In this document: in pieces, positions 55,954-64,000 of the stretch
How the letters are laid out: every line of letters begins with the position of its first letter
Numbering within the stretch: position 1 is the first letter of the stretch
Assembly: GCA_951406725.2 (NCBI GenBank)
Contig: OX597816.1
Coordinates: 32,612,001 to 32,676,000, forward strand
Length of the DNA: 64,000 nt
Source: Octopus vulgaris
Lineage: Eukaryota
Direction: 5' to 3'
Made by a program: the position numbers and the translations under genes
The notes under the pieces: generated by a model
What the model was told of the DNA's origin: nothing
The model's database searches: none
The model's input: the letters and a program-made list of their open reading frames with translations, nothing else

Positions 55954-57885
55954 GTATTGTAGATTACTTAGATATTAAACTTAGATATTCCAGTTTGGGT
56001 TTATAGCAATTAATCAACTAATAATAGCTAGAGAGAGAGAATGGACGGCAAATTTATAAAACCAAATTTGTTCACAGCTGAACCAAGTTAGATTCAAACT
56101 TGAAAAGATGGGAAATATTGGTTTAGAACTTTTTTTAGGATTATTTCCTGCCGAACCGCCGATCGATGATGAATGCAAGCTTAGTTGTTTAATAGCGCAC
56201 ATACGTCAAGATACATAAGTGACTAAGAGAATTACGCAGAAGCAATTCAAACTCTGGAGAGACTATACGTGAAATCATTGAACATTATTTTTGCGAGACA
56301 AGCAAACAAAAACCAGTTCAATCAGTTGACGAATATTTACAAAAATTGAAATGACTAGCTAAAGTTTGCGGGAACAGATAAGTAGATACTGAGACTCACA
56401 AATATGAAGCTGTACGTGATGCATTTATCTCTGGATTAACGTCATCGCCAACTCGATTTAGACTTGTCCAAGAAGCGATATCTAACCAAGCTCTCACGCT
56501 GAAAGTTGGTCAAATGAATTCCGAAGTGTATATTAGCAGTCGGATGACTATAAACACAAAGGGGGGGGGGGCTGTTTGTCAATGTTTATTCCACGTTAAG
56601 AAGTCAAAATCTCAATTCCTAATGGAAGCACATCTTTTGCAGTGGAAAAACAAACTCAAAAATCCTGCACCATTTGCAGATCTATTGATTTTGATCCGAA
56701 GTTTAAATGTGTGTTGATTATAGTGTATTGACTGTGTATTGATTATAGTGAGACTGTAAATAAGTTTACACAATTAATATGCATATTATGGTCCCCAAAA
56801 TAGCGAAGTTTAATTATTTTAGCACACAGGATCTCAAAAGTGTGTATCCTCAATTTGAGATTCCAATTGAAGCTCGACCTCACACGGCTTTCCAAGCACA
56901 GGGAACGTTGTATGAAAGCAAACATATTGCTTTCGGACTAACAAAAATGCCGTGACATGTTTCCAGAGAGTGATCGATAATATAATCGAGAGCCATCATT
57001 TTAGAGCTGCTTTTTCATATATCAACAACACAACTTTTTGTTGTAAACTGAAGGAAGAACATGATCAAAATTTAATATGGAATTCCACTAAATTGGCCCT
57101 ACGTAGTAGAAATTTACCAGTCGCTCGGTAGGAATAATTGGTTCCAGAAGTTTTACATTCGCAAAGTTCATTATTATGCACGGCAACTAATGGGACCCCC
57201 GCATGAGAGATTCTTTAAATTTCCTAGACGTTCTATATGTGGTGTTTCCGTTCCTACATGGTTAATGCAATGTTCCCAATAAGTATGGTCCGTTAGTAGT
57301 AGATGTAGCCGAATTGGATCAAATTAGCCCTAACTTCGGGAAACTGTAGTATCCAGGTGGGCGTGAAAGTTCTATGTCCATTAGAGTCAAGTGCATGAAG
57401 ACAGTGGTGGTTTTTCAGATACACAATCTCAAGAACCAGAACCTCAAAGTACTTTGCCCTGGCGTTCGTCCGAGAACAAAAAACCTTAAATTTATGATTG
57501 ATGATGTGTTACACTTAAGAAATACCTCATTATTACGTTGCTATGTTGGTTCCTCGTTATGTTTCTATTTTGCATTTTGTTGGTTGATTGTTCTATTTTT
57601 TTATGGAGAATATTTGGATTTTTGTTTTGATCATGTGACTTTGATTGCCTCGATTACTCTTATTTGGCTGCAGTGCAACTTCGCAGACTTCCTTTCTCTT
57701 TACGGTACAACGATGTTAATTTTAGTTAGTCGAGACTGTAGCAATTCGCTGTATAAAACTGTTATTGCGTTGAAGTTTAGTTTTGCTTACAATTTAACAA
57801 TCTTTGTTCGTATTGTAGATTAGTGTATTTTTTATTGAAACCTTTTAAACTTTGATTTTCCAGTTTGAGCTTATAGCAATAATAC
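55954..57885 (+). mobile_element. Internally deleted, decayed Ty3/gypsy LTR retrotransposon
   Basis: Gag: NIIFAR...KQKPVQSVDEYLQKLK*LAKVC and EAVRDAFISGLTS...RLVQE. RT: IDYSETVNKFT, FSTQDLKSVYPQ, TAFQAQG.LYE, FGLT, CFQRVIDNII and EEHDQNL. Integrase C-terminus: PHERFFKFPRRS...PTWL and YPGGRESS. LTR-end direct repeats GTATTGTAGATTA...TTCCAGTTTG.G.TTATAGCAAT at 55954-56010 and 57810-57880. Confidence 0.88.
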
Positions 57886-58108
57886 TTGTCTCTCTTCTAA
57901 CTGTATTTTATCAATAACACTAGTTACATTTACATACGTTGAGGTATGTACATACGCGCTCATTCTATGGCCTTTGCCAAACTATGCGTAAACAAGACTA
58001 CAAATATATATTTTTTCTATTATATGCATTCAATAGTTTCTAAACTTCCGAGACTTTTTGAGAGTAAATTAAGTCATATCTGCCTCAATATTTTAACATC
58101 CATTAAGT

Positions 58109-58316
58109 AAGGCGGTGAACTGTCAGAATCATTATAACGCCGGGGAATATGCTTAGTGGCATTTCCTTCGCCTTTATATTCTAAGTTGACATTCAGCCGT
58201 GGTTGACTTCACCTTTTATCCTTTCGGAAAAAAAGATCGTTATCAATACTGGAGTTGAAACAATCGATTGTCCAACTCCTCCGAACTTGCAAGCCTAGAA
58301 TGGAAATTTTAAACCA
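58109..58316 (+). mobile_element. Decayed family B SINE
   Basis: AAGGCGGTGAACTGTCAGAATC...ATGCTTAGTGGCATTTC...GACTT...TTTTATCCTTTCGG. Confidence 0.75.
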
Positions 58317-61300
58317 ATTCTTCAGCATCCATTACATATAAAGGCTCACAATACTCAATTTGATTAAAATCCTTACTTGATATAGCGAAGCCATATTTGT
58401 TTTACTATTCCTGTATTTGCGTCGTATATCGTTCTTCCTTTATTGCCTCTTTAGCATCTACTGTGGTTTAGTTCTTCTTACACCATTTATAGATCAGTGT
58501 ATGTCTGAATAATTACTTTGATAGTTTCATTCACGAATTTAGACTTTCTTCAAAGCCAATTTTGTTGGTATATAATTAAATAAATCCTACATATGTTTGT
58601 TAATAGCAACACGTTTCAGATATCTGCAACCTTTATGTATTTTAATGTCCAAAAATATCATCCCAAATATCTATTTGCGCTTCTTTCTCTCACATATATA
58701 TCTAATATGTAATTTAACTATTCTCTACAAGTAGATAGGAATCAAATCTCAGTGGTTGGAAAATGAATCAAGGCTGTCAATATTTCATGTTGTACGAATG
58801 TATGACCAAACAAGCTTTAATTACAGTAGAATCTGTCCATGCCGATAATTCCAAGAATCCTAATAACCTCTTAGCTTTTCATTTAGCATAATTGTCCATG
58901 AAATTATTTGAGGTACTTCTACGAATGTGACGTCCAACTGTAAACATGTTATTCCGTATTAGTTTTCATTAGTGATGTTTGTTGGCAAATACGTGGGCTC
59001 AACTGTTGGCTAGTTATAAACGGTTAATCGGTCATGAAACAAGTTTGGTTCAAAATAAGTCATGACTGTGAAGCTTAATTTTGTATTTCCTACGATGAGT
59101 CTTTATTGCTTTCATTTTAAAAATCTAGTCGTTGGTGGGATTAACAATCCGTTCATTATCTCTGTTAGGTATGACCTAACAGCGTAGTGCGTTCTTTGCC
59201 TTCTCTGGTATGCTTCCATAGGAATAGGCATATCGTTTGGAATAAAAACGTTGTTCCTCCTACTCCATAGCTCAACCTTACAAGGTTTCAAGGTGGCAAG
59301 CCGATTTGGATATGCCTACACTCGCATATATGTGTGTGCATGGTGTGTGTGCGCACGCGTGTGTGGGTGTGTGTTTCTACGTGTGTGTTGTGAAATATTA
59401 TATAACGCTAAAATATAAAGAATAAAACATATATATATATATCCTTATACATATAATATTGTTTTTCATTACGCGAAAAAATTGTAGTTTGTAATGATTT
59501 TAACGCCTTCTTATCATATCAACTTTCATTAAATGCTAATTAGATAGATTGTTGCATAATATACGTCATTGATATAGAATCGGTAAAGGTCTTTATAAAC
59601 CTGTCATGGATGACAATATAGTTCACATTTAAGCATTGGTCCTGATTTCTTCATATGATTGGCGAAATAACACATTGAAGAATATCGGAATTATAGAAAC
59701 ACTGACTATGGCTGCTTTCTTAATTTACTCAATTACTGACATCATAAATTTCTTTTGTCAAATGTAGGGTCGCTATTCTGCCTCCGAATTCCTCCTTTTG
59801 AAAATAACTATGATATATTGTTCATATAAAATAATATGTAAAACATCTTAGATGTTCATTAGCATACATATATTTGAGAACAATATGAAGGTTATGGAAA
59901 TATATCGACAGTTACAAATGCACTGTTTTTGTTATATTTGAAAAGGTCAGCGCTTACCTAGCAATGACTATTTTATTCAGGTGACTGCGATGTCCAAAAT
60001 TATCTATCGTTTACTGCTATTCATTTGCCTAATCTATTTAAAAGAAGCAAGTTAGCTATTTCACTATAAAGTATGATACTATATATACAAATTCAATCTT
60101 GCATGAATTTATGTAACACTTATTGTTAGTATATTTTACTTTCGCTCATTTGCACATATAACGCTGAATAAAACCAAGTTCTATTAAATGTTCGAAGTAA
60201 TTTTCATAAAATCATTAAGAGTAATTCCCTAACGAATTAAATTTACGTGTACAACATACACGAATTAAAATATATATATATACTAGAAGTTCCTACGAGC
60301 AATTATATCAAGGTAAATTGAAAGAAAATATAAAAATAAATAAAACAAAAGAAATCCATTTTCAATATTAATGCAATGATATAACATCTAGTGGGAATTC
60401 TACTGAAACATATACTGTACATTTTATATGATTCCTTGTATCGAAAGATTATTGGTATCCAGCCTATAGTTACTATTTTATATATGCATCCTGAAAATAG
60501 CATTCCAAAATATACCTTCAGTTATGTTAAATGGCACATCAAAAAGATACTTATTTATTTTAAAAGGCTATGGGCTCTTAGTGATTACTTTTTATTGGAG
60601 AAATTTTCAGATATCAGTTACGTTTAACTAAGTGGTTAGGTTGCAAAGTTTGTTGTGTTTTGGATTGGTGTGACCTCCTATAATCATCCCATTTCTCGGT
60701 ATTCTGTTTGCAATATATGTTAAAATCTTTCAAGTATCGACGAAATAATTATTCTCTATTATGCATCATTACATATCGATTACTCATTCTCTCACGGGCA
60801 AATTGGTTGCATTACCACATAAGGAAGCAGAGGTACGAGTAAGATAAAATTCCAAAAATCTGTTACATATAATGGCGTCATACGTGACCTACAGTAAGAA
60901 GTGCATCGTAAAAGTTTACTAAAGAAACATAACACATCACGAAATTTTAAATGCTACAAAACATCAGAACCTGCTGGAAATTCATTTTTGTAGCAAAAAT
61001 ATCTAGAGAGTATTGCATAATTTGAATGACTTATCAACGTATACGACAATCCAAGTTTATGATTTAGGCCTTTTGTTCTGATAAATCGTTATCACTAAAT
61101 GTCGTCCATTCAATATGCAACCTACCTGTATTAAAATGCAAATATTACTAATAATTTGAAATGGTTTATGATTTTACTTTCCTCCATAAATGTCAAATCG
61201 CATTGCTCTATATATTTGATGGTTATACAAATGTGGATATTATGTCAGATATGGAGTAAAACTTTTCTGACAAATGAAATTGAATTTTTGAATGTGTGCA

Positions 61301-61714
61301 TCAAGTAAATTTGAACATATTACTCTCGATAAGTGTAAGTACTTACATGAGAAATATATAAGTAGATATAATCTGGTGAATGAAATATACAAAATATATC
61401 AATGTAATAAAAGAAGTATGATGATGAGAAATATTCATCCAGAAAGAACTTCTAAACGAGAGAATACAGACCAAGATAAGGCTTGCCAAATGTATGAAAC
61501 AACGTGAAACATAACAATGTAGGAATTGCGGACATTAACATATAAAGCCACTCATGAAAATAAAAAAGCATTTCAAAAGTATATATAAAGTACAGTACAT
61601 AAATATATAAAAACAGGTGAGTTACAAATTCGTAAATGGAAACAGTAATATATAGATATCAATACGCATATCCATGTACGTATGTGTTTACGAATGTATG
61701 CACACATACATGCT

Positions 61715-61810
<96 letters not shown>

Positions 61811-62164
61811 TTTGCGTGTGTGTGTGTGAATGTATGTATGCAATTTACTCATCCGTTATGGAAGATGAAGGGTACGTATTTTTAATGCATACAATATATA
61901 GTGATGAGATACTCATAGTTTCATATACTGGAGATATTTTCTAGGCAGGTATAAGTAAAACGCTTAATGCCTCTAAGCAATCTGCCACTTCTGATCACGT
62001 GGCCTACAAAGATGCAACTCAGGATAATAGAAGAACAAACCCCACCAAAATTATTTGGAGTATAGTTGCAAAATATGGATGGGTGAAAATAAAACAACGG
62101 AAAAAGAAAGGTAGAAGAAAGAGAATTATAGGTAGTGCACACATAACGTAAACTTAAATACATA

Positions 62165-63200
62165 TACTAAACAGACTGACACAAAAATATATTCACCCAT
62201 GCCTCAGGCCTATCTCTGACCATCTGTGTGTCAGTCGTCACAAAATTGAATGCATACTGACAGACACATACACCTTTACATACACTCACATACATATACT
62301 TCTCAGTCATTGGCCTAGCATACGACACGTACGCACACGCACACACACGCAAATACACATACGCAGTCATATCAAAATGTGACGTGGTATTTGTGGTTTT
62401 GGTGTTGGTAGAGGTGGTTGTGTTAGTGATGTTGATAGTGCTGGCGGTTGTATAAAATGTGATTTACAATACTTGACTTATAGAAAGATTATAATATAAA
62501 ATTTTTGTAATGCAAATATGTAATGGAAAATAAATTGCATTTGGTAACCGAAAGATTACCAAATCTTTTGATATCCATATGTCAAAATCAGCAACTAAAT
62601 ATACGAATGCATGAGGACACACTAAAAGACATATACATATGTATGTGTAGCTGTGTGTGCCTGTGTCCATGTGTTTAACTGTCTGAGGTCTAACATGTAG
62701 AAATTATCACACATACATTCTGACATACACTTACATACACATACTAAGACAAACACACACAGTCATACATTCCCGCTCACCTCAGACCTAAATCTGTCAT
62801 TCTATGTGTCACTCTCTGCGTTTAGATGTGTATATGTTTGTGTGTGTTTCAGTCGTCACAAAAATGTATGAATACTGACACACACATCTCACATACAGTC
62901 ACACACAAATACTTTTCATTCATCGGCCTAACGTACGTAACGAACGTCGCATAGAGGATGTGACGCTGTCGACGTCGTTGTCGTCGTATACAAATTTTTC
63001 ATGAACGATGACTTATAGAATTCTTATAATGTCAGATTTTTGTAATGCAGATATGGAATTGTAAAGTTATTTTATTTGGTAACTGCAACATTACTGAATC
63101 GTGTGATACCCTATACGTCAAAATCCGCAACAAAGTTTACGAATGTATAAGGAACACAAGCACACATGCACACGCACAGACACATATACTCACACACACA
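62165..63200. repeat. Diverged tandem duplication, unit about 550-600 bp
   Basis: Shared blocks TCAGTCGTCACAAAA (62231 and 62849), GACTTATAGAA (62476 and 63010), ATTTTTGTAATGCA.ATATG, ATTTGGTAAC and GTCAAAATC.GCAAC. Confidence 0.85.
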
Positions 63201-63237
63201 CACATAAAATCTGTTTTATATATATACACACACGCAT

Positions 63238-63300
<63 letters not shown>

Positions 63301-63593
63301 AGAAGGGATGGTATTATTACAATATCGTGACGTGTGGGATGCGATTGATCAGCGGTAGAAGAAAATTTATAAAATATATACATACAAAATATGTGTACAG
63401 AAGTATCTTTTTCTACTCATGAAATTGTTGTCGTTCTTTTATCGTTCGTCTTCTTCTGGACTATGATCCAAGTGTAAAACAGCCACTCTTTCATGCTTTG
63501 TGTGTCTTACGAATCGTTTTGTGTGTGTTACGTCCACGCATTGTTCTTCTTGTCTTTTTCACCGTTTTTTTCTTTCAACTACCTATTTAATTA

Positions 63594-63642
<49 letters not shown>

Positions 63643-63688
63643 ATGTAGATAGACAGACAGCTATATACATAGCTGGATACAAACATAT

Positions 63689-63719
<31 letters not shown>

Positions 63720-64000
63720 CATGCATACATACATAATGATAAACATATAGATATGGTGTCGGTTGACATGAGCGGAATTTGATGTACATTTTTCAGTTTT
63801 CCATTGAAGTAATGGGAATTAAAGCTATAATGTAACTTCGAATCCACAATTTATATGTAAAAAGACGGTGAAGAGAAAGTGCAATATATAATTGCTGCAT
63901 TGTCTTCATCGATTCCATTGCTATATTTCAACATACTGGCACATTCGTGTTTCAAATTACCACAATTTTCCCAATCTGTCCAAAATTGTTAAAAGTGATG

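Overview
AT-rich, microsatellite-dense animal genomic DNA that looks intronic or intergenic. The SINE families and the (TA)n/(CA)n/(TATG)n load suggest a coleoid cephalopod, probably Octopus (inference from recalled repeat sequences, not a search). I cannot support any complete host gene; most short ORFs in the track are translated microsatellites. The window is mostly transposon remnants: two Penelope-like elements (PLE; GLYRDD RT plus GIY-YIG, probably Naiad-type), each interrupted by the same CR1-type LINE family, plus an older CR1, an RTE, R4/Dong-type restriction-endonuclease LINE ends, two full-span decayed mariners, a maT/Tc1 end, a deleted Ty3/gypsy, a Helentron-type HINE and two tRNA-SINE families. 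The most interesting signal is non-coding. At least three well-formed type I hammerhead ribozymes (12129-12224 minus, 22371-22417 plus, 36947-36999 minus) and several decayed ones lie in short unrelated PLE pseudo-LTR-like repeats. These repeats abut (TA)n tracts and often form inverted (fold-back) pairs. In two of these pairs only one arm keeps the complete ribozyme. There are also two weak minus-strand candidate exons (28951-29018 and 406-642) that are phase-compatible. Boundaries of decayed elements are approximate, and identities are by eye.
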